A DNA stretch of 64,000 nt from NCBI GenBank assembly GCA_001783805.1, contig MFNS01000007.1, positions 89,975 to 153,974 on the forward strand, written 5' to 3'. The translations under genes and the position numbers were made by a program. This document shows positions 29,061-38,102 of the stretch, in pieces. Numbering within the stretch: position 1 is the stretch's first letter; the number at the start of each line of letters is the position of its first letter. Source of the stretch: Candidatus Levybacteria bacterium RIFCSPHIGHO2_01_FULL_40_16 (lineage in GTDB: Bacteria > Patescibacteriota > Microgenomatia > Levybacterales > UBA12049). Below the pieces are notes generated by a model. It was not told the DNA's origin, ran no database searches, and was given only the letters and a program-made list of their open reading frames with translations.

Positions 29061-30920
29061 TTAGGCTTTAACGGGAGCAAGAATTTTTTTGGGGCCTAAA
29101 AGCGTAATAAAACTATCCGCGTCAATTGTTTCTTTTTGCAAAAGTTCTTTTGCCAGAATATCCAGTTGTTTTTTTAATTGCGTTAGTATTGCAACTGCAG
29201 TTTTGTAACCGGCATCGGTAATTTTCTTAATTTGCTCATCAATTTTTGCAGCCATTACCGGCGAAACTGTTTTCTGCTCATAGAAAGTTTTTTGCTCCGT
29301 ATCCAAATTTATCGGACCTAAATCGCTCATTCCATATTCAACTACCATTGTTCTGGCAACTTCGGTTGCTTTGGCAATATCGTCAGCTGCTCCGGTGGTC
29401 ATCTCTTTGAAAATCATGTTTTCCGCAGCTCTGCCTCCAAGCATTACCGCAATCTGCTCAATTAATCTGGTCTTTGTTTCATGAACTCTTTCCGATGGTT
29501 CCATCATGGTGTGGCCCAGACTCATTCCGCGGCTGACAATTGAGATTCGGTGAACCGGATCCATATGCGGCATTTCCCAAGAAACAAGAGCGTGTCCAGC
29601 CTCATGATATGCGGTCATTTTCCTGTCTTCTTCCGATTGCAGTCTTTTCTTCTCGGGGCCTAACTTTACTTTTGTTGCCGCTTCCTCAAGATCTTTGGTG
29701 TCAATTGCTTTTTTTCCTAAGCGAGCCGCTAATATGGCGGCTTCATTAAGCATATTTTCCAAATCCGCTCCGGAAAATCCGACTGTTCGTTTGGCCACCT
29801 TATCCCAATTAACCCCTGGCGCAAAGGGTTTACCTCTGGCGTGAATTGCCAAAATCGCTTTTCTTCCAACAACATCCGGCATATCCAGAATAACTCTTCT
29901 ATCAAATCTTCCCGGTCGAATCAGCGCCGGATCCAAAATATCAGGTCTGTTTGTGGCTGCCATAACCACTAATTGTTCTGTTGGGGCAAATCCGTCCATT
30001 TCAACCAGAATTTGATTTAAGGTCTGTTCTCTTTCATCATGCCCCCCCATAAAACCTGCTCCGCGCTGTCTACCAATCGCATCAATTTCATCTATGAAAA
30101 TAATCGCGGGTTGGGCCTTTTTTGCAGTATTAAATAGATCGCGGACACGGGAAGCTCCAACTCCAACCAACATTTCCATAAATTCCGATCCAGCCATGGA
30201 GAAGAAAGCCACATTGGCTTCGCCGGCTGTGGCTCTTGCTAAAAGTGTTTTTCCTGTTCCGGAAGGCCCAACCATTAGAACTCCTTTTGGGGTACGGGCG
30301 CCCATGGCCTTATATTTGCCCGGGTTTTTTAAGAAATCCACGATTTCCGTTAATTCCTGCTTTGCCTCATCTACGCCGGCAACATCCGCAAAACTAATTT
30401 TTGGTGTATCTTTGCTAAAAAGCTTTGCCGAAGACTTGCCGAAAGAAAAAATATTTTCCTGAGCTCCGCGGGCCTGACGGAAGATAAAATAAAAAAATGC
30501 AACCATCAGAAGAATTGGAAGAACGGAAGAAATAATATTCAGCCAATTATTAAATCCCGTCTCATCTTTGATAACCACTTTTGTTTTATCCAACTGTACG
30601 CCGGCATCTTTAAATATTTGGTAGACATTTGCTCCTTGCTCCTTGAAGCTTTGAAAAGTCTCTTTTCCCTTTGTAAGTATAAGTTTATTTTCCAAAACTT
30701 GTATTTCCGTCACTTTCCCTGCATTTACATCTGCAACAACTTGAGAAAGAGGAATTGTCTTCATGTCGGAAGATGGTTTATTATTGGTTCCCATGAAGAT
30801 AAACATTGCAAAGAAAAACAAAAATGCATAGACCAGGAGATTTTTCCACGAAAAACGAACTTTAACTTTGACAATTTTATGTTTCCTGCTGTTACTGTTT
30901 CTCCTAATGTTGGAAGCCAT
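29061..30920 (-). CDS. ftsH: ATP-dependent zinc metalloprotease FtsH
   Basis: AAA Walker [12 protein letters not shown], and zinc site HEAGHAL. Confidence 0.95.
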   Translation of the reverse strand: MASNIRRNSNSRKHKIVKVKVRFSWKNLLVYAFLFFFAMFIFMGTNNKPSSDMKTIPLSQVVADVNAGKVTEIQVLENKLILTKGKETFQSFKEQGANVYQIFKDAGVQLDKTKVVIKDETGFNNWLNIISSVLPILLMVAFFYFIFRQARGAQENIFSFGKSSAKLFSKDTPKISFADVAGVDEAKQELTEIVDFLKNPGKYKAMGARTPKGVLMVGPSGTGKTLLARATAGEANVAFFSMAGSEFMEMLVGVGASRVRDLFNTAKKAQPAIIFIDEIDAIGRQRGAGFMGGHDEREQTLNQILVEMDGFAPTEQLVVMAATNRPDILDPALIRPGRFDRRVILDMPDVVGRKAILAIHARGKPFAPGVNWDKVAKRTVGFSGADLENMLNEAAILAARLGKKAIDTKDLEEAATKVKLGPEKKRLQSEEDRKMTAYHEAGHALVSWEMPHMDPVHRISIVSRGMSLGHTMMEPSERVHETKTRLIEQIAVMLGGRAAENMIFKEMTTGAADDIAKATEVARTMVVEYGMSDLGPINLDTEQKTFYEQKTVSPVMAAKIDEQIKKITDAGYKTAVAILTQLKKQLDILAKELLQKETIDADSFITLLGPKKILAPVKA

Positions 30921-30956
30921 AAGCCGGGTAATTATATCACAGCGAGCCTGAAAATT

Positions 30957-31949
30957 CTATGCAGAAATTCCCATTTTCTCTTTGACAATTTTGAGGGTTT
31001 GGGAGGATTTGGTCTTAGCAAATTCAGCTCCTTCATCTAAAACTTGTCTTAATAACTTATCGCCCGATCTTATTCCCTGATATTTTTTTTGGATTTGGCT
31101 CAAAGATGAAACCAGTAAACCCGCCAAAATAGATTTGAATTCGCCGTAAGATTTTCCTACTAATTCTGAAGTCGAGTTTTTGAAACTTTGATTTTTGAAA
31201 ACAGAATAAATTGTTACAAGATTGGCAATTGCTTCCGAAGGATTTTTGGAAATACTGGAGCCGGAATCCGTCACTGCTCTTCTTACCTTTTCCCTAATTT
31301 CTTTTTCACTATCTAATAAATTAATTGTTCCCAACGGATCTTTGTCGGATTTACTCATTTTGGAATTCGGATTTTGCAGACTCATTACTCTGGCAGTTTC
31401 TTTTTGAATTACCGGCACAGGAAGTTTAAAAGTTTCTCCATATTTTTTATTAAATTTTTCTGCCAGATCGCGGGTTAATTCAATGTGCTGTTTTTGATCT
31501 TCCCCAACCGGCACCTCATCTGTTTGATAAAGTAAAATGTCGGAAGCCATCAAAACCGGGTAATCAAAAAGCCCAACATTCGCTTCGTGTTTTTCGCTTT
31601 TTTCTTTAAACTGGGTCATTCTTTCCAGTTGTCCGAAAGGTGTAATCGTATTTAAAAGCCAGGTAAAATACGGATGGTCGGGATTTTCGGATTGAATAAA
31701 AATGTGCGCTTTTTTAGGATTAATTCCACAGGCCAAATACAAAGCGGCTACTTCCAATACTTTTTCTTGCAATATTTTCGGATCTTGAGGTACGGTGATA
31801 GCGTGCAAATCAACAATGCAAAAAAATAATTCTGAATTCTGAATTCTAGATTCTGAATTCTGCAGATTAACCCATTGACTTAATGCGCCAATATAATTTC
31901 CGATATGCAGATTTCCTGATGGCTGAACTCCGGAAAACACTGTTTTCAT
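30957..31949 (-). CDS. trpS: Tryptophanyl-tRNA synthetase
   Basis: HIGNYIGAL (HIGH) and KMSKS. Contains an in-frame tandem heptamer insert near the N-terminus. Confidence 0.9.
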   Translation of the reverse strand: MKTVFSGVQPSGNLHIGNYIGALSQWVNLQNSESRIQNSELFFCIVDLHAITVPQDPKILQEKVLEVAALYLACGINPKKAHIFIQSENPDHPYFTWLLNTITPFGQLERMTQFKEKSEKHEANVGLFDYPVLMASDILLYQTDEVPVGEDQKQHIELTRDLAEKFNKKYGETFKLPVPVIQKETARVMSLQNPNSKMSKSDKDPLGTINLLDSEKEIREKVRRAVTDSGSSISKNPSEAIANLVTIYSVFKNQSFKNSTSELVGKSYGEFKSILAGLLVSSLSQIQKKYQGIRSGDKLLRQVLDEGAEFAKTKSSQTLKIVKEKMGISA

Positions 31950-32036
31950 ATTCCAAACCTCCCGCTTGCCCTTCCGTAGCCTTGGCGAAGGAGGGAAAAA
32001 ACCGTTTTCATATTATTCCTAGTTTATCACAATTTA

Positions 32037-32300
32037 CTAGCTCCCATAAAGTTTTTCCATTTTATTAAGAGCTTCTATATAATAAATCTCGCAAAGTTGT
32101 CTTAAAGTATACGGTGAATTTCCATAATATGGTTCAGTTGCGCTTTTAGCTGTTACTATAACCAGTTTTCCATCTATCCTTGTGATTTCCTTGCCAACAG
32201 GAATTTTCGGAACTTTTTCTTTTTGATGAATTACGGGTGCAAAACCCAGTCTTCTCTCATTCATACACATCACCTCCTTTCTTAAGTAATGCCATAGCAA
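32037..32300 (-). CDS. Hypothetical small ORF (doubtful)
   Basis: ORF only. Partly overlaps the racemase remnant. Confidence 0.2.
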   Translation of the reverse strand: MLWHYLRKEVMCMNERRLGFAPVIHQKEKVPKIPVGKEITRIDGKLVIVTAKSATEPYYGNSPYTLRQLCEIYYIEALNKMEKLYGS

Positions 32301-32454
32301 TAATTTTTAACGGATTAAAAACTGGAAAAGTTTGTTTAGGAGGAAAAATTAAAGGCAATTCCGTACATCCCAAAATTATACCTTGTGCTCCTCTTTTTCT
32401 AAGATTATTGGCGGTAGAGAGAAGTATCATGCTGTCTTTGCGGTCAGGATTGAA
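32257..32454 (-). pseudogene. C-terminal remnant of an Asp/Glu racemase family gene (only ~65 aa incl. the GIILGCTELPLIF catalytic-Cys motif)
   Basis: ILGCTELPL is the conserved second catalytic-cysteine motif of the Asp/Glu/hydantoin racemase family. The roughly 150 aa that normally precede it are absent because murD ends at 32474. Confidence 0.45.
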
Positions 32455-32473
32455 AAGAGATTCTTCGCTTCGT

Positions 32474-33775
32474 TCAGAATGACAACTCCCTAACGGCTTT
32501 CTTAAACTGTTCTCCCCTATCTTTATAATCCTTAAATGTTCCGAAACTGGCGGAAGCAGGAGATAATAAACAAATTTTTCCGGGTAGAGTTTCTGCAGCT
32601 GCAATTCGCATTGCCTGCTCCATTGTTGTTACATCAAATTTTTCCGGACGGCTTCCTTCCGATGTAATTTTGCAAATTTCCTCCCAAATTCTTGCCCCAG
32701 ACGGCGGAAATAAAATCAAAGTTTTTATTTGCCCCCTACCCACATGTTGTGCCAAACCGGAGTAATCAAGTCCTCGGTCAAAACCTCCTGCAATCAGAGT
32801 CTGTGTATCGGGAAAGGTTTTAAGCGCTTCAATTGTCGCTTCCGGTATTGTTGCCAGGGAATCATTGTAAAAAAGTATGCCATTTTTCGCACCTGCAAAT
32901 TCTAATCTATGCTCCAAACCCGTAAATTCTTCTAAAACTTTCGCAATATTTGTCTTTGAAACACCGGCCAAAATTGCCGCGCAAACTGCTGCGCAAACAT
33001 TTTCTAAATTATGGCGACCTAAAAGCTTTATTCTCTCGATGTCAATAATTTTTTTCGCTTTACCATCGCGGCTCATCCAAACACTGTCTTCTTTTATGAA
33101 GCATCCGTTTTCTACTTCTCTTTCCCTGCTTACCCTGAAGATTCGTCCTGCTGTATAAATGTCCGACTCGTCGCTTGCCAAATAATCCTTATTTATAATT
33201 GTAAAATCTTGCGGATCTTGAAATTTTAAGATATTTCTTTTCGCATCAACATACGCTTCCTGAGTTTTGTGATAATCCAAATGCTCACTGGTAATCATGA
33301 GAACTACGGCAATATGCGGACTTATTTTTAGATCATTAAGCTGATAGCTGGACATCTCCAAAATCGTCCAGGAATTGTCATTTAAATTATCTATAAAATT
33401 CAAAGGAGATTGTCCGATATTTCCCCCCAAATACACATCGAGCCCTTGTTTTTTCAACATCTCAAAAATTAATGTTGAAGTTGTGCTTTTTCCTTTTGTT
33501 CCGGTTACCCCAATCACTTTCCCTTTGGCATTGGATAAAAAAATATTGGTTGCGGTTGTGTATGGAGTTGTTATTAATTCCGATTTTACTCCCGGAGATT
33601 TTATTGCAATGTCGTAACTTTTTTGTTTGTCCAAATAATTACTTCCATCTTTTTGATCAACAATATCAATTGTAGAATTTTGTAAATGTTTTTTAAGATA
33701 TTTAAGCGCAGCACTCCCTTCAATTCCTTTTCCGACAATTAAGATCTTTTTGTCTTTTAATTCCGCAAGTTTCAT
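32474..33775 (-). CDS. murD: UDP-N-acetylmuramoylalanine--D-glutamate ligase MurD (or L-Glu-adding MurD2)
   Basis: Mur ligase P-loop GVTGTKGKSTTSTLI, plus central and C-terminal Mur ligase domains. Confidence 0.9.
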   Translation of the reverse strand: MKLAELKDKKILIVGKGIEGSAALKYLKKHLQNSTIDIVDQKDGSNYLDKQKSYDIAIKSPGVKSELITTPYTTATNIFLSNAKGKVIGVTGTKGKSTTSTLIFEMLKKQGLDVYLGGNIGQSPLNFIDNLNDNSWTILEMSSYQLNDLKISPHIAVVLMITSEHLDYHKTQEAYVDAKRNILKFQDPQDFTIINKDYLASDESDIYTAGRIFRVSREREVENGCFIKEDSVWMSRDGKAKKIIDIERIKLLGRHNLENVCAAVCAAILAGVSKTNIAKVLEEFTGLEHRLEFAGAKNGILFYNDSLATIPEATIEALKTFPDTQTLIAGGFDRGLDYSGLAQHVGRGQIKTLILFPPSGARIWEEICKITSEGSRPEKFDVTTMEQAMRIAAAETLPGKICLLSPASASFGTFKDYKDRGEQFKKAVRELSF

Positions 33776-34989
33776 AAACTTTTAAAATGCTTCACAAGAA
33801 TTGTTTTATTAAATTCTCCTTTTCCTAAAATTCTTTCCAGGGCTTCTTTGACTTCTTCCGGCGTACCAACGCACTCAAAGGGTTTGAAATTTCTAATGCC
33901 AATTAATTCTTCAAAAAGCGGCAAAAGGCTTTTTTCCTCAAGCAGGTTCTTGCCAAAAATAGCTAACACTTCTTTTTTGGGAAGAAAAGCCGCAAGAGAT
34001 ATAAAAACAAACAGGCACTTCGGACATTCCCTGCACCATCGACTTGCCTTGAGCGAAGCCGAAGAATTAATTTTGTAATTCTTATTGCAGCTGGAAAAAA
34101 CTTTAAAATATTTAGGATATTTTACAAATTCTTCCACGGCTTGCAATTCGGTCATCTGCCTTAAAGGTGACGAATACGAAATGTCCGGCGTTATAAATCT
34201 TTTAACATAATCATTAAAAAGTTTTTCAAACTCTTCGGATTTGCTCCACTGATGATTAACCATTTCCCCCAAATATTCAACATTTCCATAGTTAGCACTT
34301 TTCTCATTTCCAACAATTACAGATCTATAATCAAATAACGCCGCCATTAAAAGGAGTATAAATGCGTAATATACAGAGATTGGCACGTGCCCATTGTAAA
34401 CGTCCGCCTCTTTATTTAACTCCAAAAGTTTGGGGTCTATTTCTTTGAATGTATTAATTATTTCTCCGCCGATCATCTTGGCAATTTCAATTTGTATCGG
34501 AAAACCTGAAGTAGCCAGATCAAATTGCTGATTGGATTGCCTTAAAAGTTCTGCTGCAACTATTGAATCTTTCCCCCCTCCAATTCCCAAAAGCGAACGG
34601 TTTTTTCTGGGAAAAGAAACTAATTTTTCTGAATTCTGCTTTGCAGAAGGAAAACTGACTAAGCCTCTAAAATCGATTTTGTTTTTATAAAAAAACTCCC
34701 CCATTCCTTTGGTATAAACAATATTCCAAAATTCCGCCTGTTCGTGGGTAAGAAAGTTATTCTCGACGACAATTTCCTTCGGACAGTAAGCCTTCCAATA
34801 CGAAATACCCAAAATCAGCATGAGATTGTTTAATAAAGATTTAAGTAAAGTTTCAGGAATTTTGTTCGTGACCGGAGGAAAAGAGATCTTTTCCGCAAAA
34901 TCTATGTTTTTCTCACCCCTGAAGCCAAAACTAAAAATTATTTCGCCTTTTTCGAGATTAGACTCGTGCCCTTTGAATACAAATTTCAT
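33772..34989 (-). CDS. PP-loop (SGGxDS-type, here GGGKDS) ATP pyrophosphatase-family protein with a C-terminal CxxC motif, translationally coupled to murD; candidate MurL-like epimerase
   Basis: LLGIGGGKDSIVAAELL PP-loop, CRECPKCLF. Start chosen at ATG 34989 (MKFVFKG) because the ORF-track start at 35022 overlaps tRNA-Met. ATGA overlap with the murD stop. Confidence 0.6.
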   Translation of the reverse strand: MKFVFKGHESNLEKGEIIFSFGFRGEKNIDFAEKISFPPVTNKIPETLLKSLLNNLMLILGISYWKAYCPKEIVVENNFLTHEQAEFWNIVYTKGMGEFFYKNKIDFRGLVSFPSAKQNSEKLVSFPRKNRSLLGIGGGKDSIVAAELLRQSNQQFDLATSGFPIQIEIAKMIGGEIINTFKEIDPKLLELNKEADVYNGHVPISVYYAFILLLMAALFDYRSVIVGNEKSANYGNVEYLGEMVNHQWSKSEEFEKLFNDYVKRFITPDISYSSPLRQMTELQAVEEFVKYPKYFKVFSSCNKNYKINSSASLKASRWCRECPKCLFVFISLAAFLPKKEVLAIFGKNLLEEKSLLPLFEELIGIRNFKPFECVGTPEEVKEALERILGKGEFNKTILVKHFKSL

Positions 34990-34995
34990 AAAAAG

Positions 34996-35067
34996 TACCA
35001 GGGGTGGGGATCGGACCCACAACCGCAGCGTTATGAATGCTGTGCTCCACCATTGAGCTACCCTGGC
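34996..35067 (-). tRNA. tRNA-Met (anticodon CAU), elongator-type, intron-less
   Basis: Hand fold: acceptor GCCAGGG/CCCUGGU, D-arm GCUC-AAUGGUG-GAGC, anticodon loop UUCAUAA, T-arm GUGGG-UCCGAUC-CCCAC. Confidence 0.8.
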
Positions 35068-35076
35068 GAGTGTTAA

Positions 35077-35787
35077 CTATTTTAACATTTTTAGTCCTTC
35101 AATCCAACCCTTCATCTTCAATAACCGATCTAAGCTTTCTCTTACATGAATCCTTAAAACTCCGTGATAATTAACCGTATTATACTGTTTTTTCCACTTC
35201 GAGGTTTGAAAAAAAGGTTTCGTAAACTGATCTAATGGTATTCCAATTGTTCTTGCCCAAAAACCTTGTATTTCATTAATCTTATCTTCATACAGACAAT
35301 TAAGCGTCAGTCTTGCAACTAATTGACTCTTATCGACGCCCAAATACTTTTCCAGCCAATAAATATAAAATTTAATCATTGCTGGATCGGAATTACAGAA
35401 ACCCAATCGGTGCTCATGCCTATTCTTAAATCCTTCTGCCCAATATAGGGAAACTCCCGCGATTAAAAAATCCCTAGGACTTAGTTTTCCAATTTCCTTT
35501 AGCCCAATTTCCAATAATTCTTTTTCATTTTTTTGCCTTTTTTCTTTCTGAACTGTCTGAAACCGCACTCTTCCCTTTTGCAATGATTTTTGAACACGGT
35601 TTTTCAAAACCAAAGCCTGGTTTTTAGATAAAATAATATCTCTAATCCAAGTACGAATAGTTGTACGAGGGACACCTGTATTTTGGAATATCTGGCCAAG
35701 ACTAAAGCCTTTCTGTCTTAGATGGCGAACTTTATTCTTTATATCTTGGCTATATTGCACATATCTATTATGCGCACTTATATGCAT
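35077..35787 (-). CDS. HTH-domain protein, possible LAGLIDADG-type homing endonuclease (FLIAGVSLYWAEGFK), lying between two tRNA(CAU) genes
   Basis: N-terminal HTH (GFSLGQIFQNTGVPRTTIRTWI) and a degenerate LAGLIDADG-like motif. Start placed at ATG 35787, because the longer ORF-track start would overlap the tRNA exon on the other strand. Confidence 0.45.
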   Translation of the reverse strand: MHISAHNRYVQYSQDIKNKVRHLRQKGFSLGQIFQNTGVPRTTIRTWIRDIILSKNQALVLKNRVQKSLQKGRVRFQTVQKEKRQKNEKELLEIGLKEIGKLSPRDFLIAGVSLYWAEGFKNRHEHRLGFCNSDPAMIKFYIYWLEKYLGVDKSQLVARLTLNCLYEDKINEIQGFWARTIGIPLDQFTKPFFQTSKWKKQYNTVNYHGVLRIHVRESLDRLLKMKGWIEGLKMLK

Positions 35788-35871
35788 AATGTCAATAAGA
35801 AATTGATAATCTCGAGCGTTGTACAATGTCGTATTGACTACAACCTCTAATTCTGATAAGATGCTTCTACG

Positions 35872-36143
35872 CGCGGGGTAGTGTACAGTGCACGTGAGGC
35901 TCAAAATGGGCCTCCCGCCAAGTAATTGACGGGAAGAACTTAGCTATATCGGTGAAACCCTAGATGGATTCAGGGTAATACCGAGGGAATCCCGATTCGA
36001 TCGGGAACTCCGTAGAGACTACACGCTAAGCCCCCTGCACATTTCAAAGATGTGAGAGGGGTGAAGATATAGTCCGACACTCTGGGTAACCGGAGCAACA
36101 GATGCATAATCTCACAGGTCGGGCGCAACTCCCGACCCCGCAA
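35872..36143 (+). tRNA. Initiator-like tRNA-Met (CAU) interrupted by a group I intron: exon 1 35872-35901, exon 2 36105-36143
   Basis: Acceptor CGCGGGG/CCCCGCA + A73 (C1xA72 mismatch, identical to E. coli tRNA-fMet). Anticodon stem UGAGG/UCUCA. Spliced loop CU-CAU-AA. Atypical D-loop (ACAGU) and T-loop (CGCAACU). Confidence 0.75.
35902..36104 (+). ncRNA. Group I self-splicing intron (203 nt) between U33 and C34 of the tRNA
   Basis: P1 is exon GAGGCU pairing with GGGCCUC, with U-G at the splice site. P-like AAUUGACGGGAAG (35924-35936). R CCGUAGAGACUACACG (36010-36025). P8 hairpin (36032-36061). S GAAGAUAUAGUCCGAC (36063-36078). P9 ACUCUGG-GUAA-CCGGAG (36079-36095). Terminal G at 36104. Confidence 0.8.
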
Positions 36144-36150
36144 CATATCC

Positions 36151-36486
36151 TCATTTAAAGAATAAATTCCACCACTTTTTCCAATTCGGATCGTTATCTT
36201 TCAGTATCTCTTGGGAGTTTTCCGATTCCTGCGGGATAAGTACCTTTTGCTCACCCTCTTTAACCATGAAGAGCTTGTCCCGAGCCTCTCTTTCGATAAA
36301 TTCCTGGGTTTGAGAATAGGAAAGTGCAGATTTTAATCTTTGATTCTCCTGCTTCTGGAAATCTAATTCTTTTTGCGCCTGTGTAACAAAATCTTTTTTT
36401 TGCCAAATATTAAACACGGAATTTACTAAATTATTAATAATAAAGAGTAGGATGACTACGATTATAATAAAGATAATTTTTTTCAT
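36151..36486 (-). CDS. Septum formation initiator family protein (FtsB/DivIC-like)
   Basis: N-terminal TM followed by a coiled-coil (QKQENQRLKSAL...). Size 111 aa. Confidence 0.65.
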   Translation of the reverse strand: MKKIIFIIIVVILLFIINNLVNSVFNIWQKKDFVTQAQKELDFQKQENQRLKSALSYSQTQEFIEREARDKLFMVKEGEQKVLIPQESENSQEILKDNDPNWKKWWNLFFK

Positions 36487-36536
36487 CTTGACTTACAACT
36501 CTTTTACTGATATTATAGGCTATCTAAATTCTAGAT

Positions 36537-37397
36537 ATGAAAGCAATTAACATCCAAGATGCACATCAAGCATTCAAAAAATACTTAAGCGAGAATAAGC
36601 GCTCGGCATCAACCATTGTAGCATATGGTAAAGATATTGAGCAGTTGGTTAATTTTTTGAAGGAGCTTTCCAAAAGCTACGTCCACGAAGCAACCAAAGA
36701 AGACCTTGAAGCATTTTTGGCTAAAATGGCCAAAAACGGCTATACTCCGAAGTCAATTTCCAGAAAACTCAACTCAACCAGAACGTTTTATAGGTTCCTT
36801 AAGGTAAATGACTCTGTGACCGCTGATCCTTCTCTGCTCATTGCGCATCCAAGATATCAATTGGCGGCCCCCAGAATTCTGACTCCCACAGAGTATCGGG
36901 CTTTGCGAGATGCGGCCAGAAATGATTCACGCATGTTTGCGATTATTGAGCTTTTACTCCAAACAGGAATCCGGATTGGGGAATTAGCTAACCTCAAACT
37001 CTCCGATATTCGCAAAGATGGATTGCATATTGCTCCCGCCGAAAAACATGGAGAAAGAATAGTTCCCTTGAACGCGAGAGCCAAGGAAGCATTAAATAAG
37101 TATTTAGAAATAAGACCGAAAACAAACACGGAACATTTATTTATCACCAAATCAGGCAAGCCATTTTTGATCAGAAATATCCGAACTGCGGTTGAGAGAT
37201 ATTTCCGCTTAGCCGAAGTGAAGAATGCTAAAGTGAATGATCTGCGCCATACCTTCGTGGCATATCATTTAAAACATGGTGTTTCTTTGGTTTTGATTTC
37301 AAAAGTTTTAGGACACAAAAGAATTTCTACAACCGAAAGATATCTTGAATATGTTCCTGACCGCGCGCATGAGAATAGCATCCTCAACGAACTCTAA
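36537..37397 (+). CDS. Tyrosine recombinase XerC/XerD family
   Basis: C-terminal catalytic R...HxxR...Y: LRHTFVAYHL...LGHKRISTTERYLEY. Confidence 0.85.
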   Translation: MKAINIQDAHQAFKKYLSENKRSASTIVAYGKDIEQLVNFLKELSKSYVHEATKEDLEAFLAKMAKNGYTPKSISRKLNSTRTFYRFLKVNDSVTADPSLLIAHPRYQLAAPRILTPTEYRALRDAARNDSRMFAIIELLLQTGIRIGELANLKLSDIRKDGLHIAPAEKHGERIVPLNARAKEALNKYLEIRPKTNTEHLFITKSGKPFLIRNIRTAVERYFRLAEVKNAKVNDLRHTFVAYHLKHGVSLVLISKVLGHKRISTTERYLEYVPDRAHENSILNEL

Positions 37398-38095
37398 GGA
37401 AGTTTGAGGCGGACGAAGTTTTCTGCGAATTTAAAGCCTTTTTTCTCTCCCAATATTCTTGCTCTCTCTAAAACTCTTTTTTTCACCTGCTTAAAATCTG
37501 CAAATTGACTGACATGCATGGACAAAGCTTTTATTTTTTGTTCAATATTTTTTGAAATATCTACCAGACGGTCAACCTTATCAAAGCTAACCATCCACAA
37601 TTCCTCGACCCGATGCGGAGTTAATCCATCTTTCTCCAATTCCTGGAAAGTTAAGCGGTCTCGGCACAAAGGAAAACACGCATCCATGGCTGCCAATCCG
37701 GCCGCGCGGTGATCCGTATGATTGACAAATCCCCTATCTTGTGAGTAATAAAATGTCGGATCCATTGAAATGACAATACTTGGTTTAACTTTTCTAATTA
37801 TCCTAACTATTTCTTTTTTGAGGATTAAGTCGGCAACTAATTGCGTGTCTGTGTGATTAAAAAAAAATATTTTTTTAAGGCCCAAAATCTTGCCTGAAGC
37901 TTCCTGTTCTTCTCGCCTAATTTTCACCAAACGCTGGTGGGTCATTTTGGGATCATCCGAACCACGGCTACCGTCTGTACAAATTATTAAATAGGCCTCC
38001 CAGCCTTCTTTTGCCAATTTAGCCAGAGTTCCGGATGCGCCGAAATCCATATCATCAGGATGTGCACCCACTGCCAAAATCGTTTTATTTTTCAT
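37394..38095 (-). CDS. PIG-L/LmbE family deacetylase
   Basis: ILAVGAHPDDMDFGASGTL (HPDDE-like zinc motif) and HxDH. Confidence 0.8.
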   Translation of the reverse strand: MKNKTILAVGAHPDDMDFGASGTLAKLAKEGWEAYLIICTDGSRGSDDPKMTHQRLVKIRREEQEASGKILGLKKIFFFNHTDTQLVADLILKKEIVRIIRKVKPSIVISMDPTFYYSQDRGFVNHTDHRAAGLAAMDACFPLCRDRLTFQELEKDGLTPHRVEELWMVSFDKVDRLVDISKNIEQKIKALSMHVSQFADFKQVKKRVLERARILGEKKGFKFAENFVRLKLP

Positions 38096-38102
38096 AATAA
38101 TG

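Noticed and set aside
32474-32604. N-terminal 50 aa of the ORF-track racemase-like ORF (32257-32604).
   Set aside because: This part overlaps the 3' end of murD in another frame and has no racemase similarity. Only the C-terminal ~65 aa (32257-32454) look like a genuine racemase remnant.
34996-35067. Plus-strand reading of this segment as a tRNA-His-like gene that might have been the host of the intron.
   Set aside because: The plus-strand fold lacks a T-loop and has a poor D-arm. The minus-strand fold is a canonical tRNA-Met, and the true intron host is the separate gene at 35872-36143.
35788-35904. N-terminal 39-aa extension of the HTH/LAGLIDADG-like ORF.
   Set aside because: It would overlap the 5' exon of the intron-containing tRNA on the opposite strand. 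The internal ATG at 35787 gives a clean intergenic promoter region.
35905-36150. Considered RNase P RNA (a CCGGAGCAA / GGUAA block resembles part of the bacterial RNase P consensus) because of the structured GC-rich RNA next to tRNAs.
   Set aside because: No GGAAAGUCCGG P4 sequence or ACAGAACCCGGCUUA 3' element. The group I P/R/S/P8/P9 elements plus flanking tRNA exons explain the region far better.
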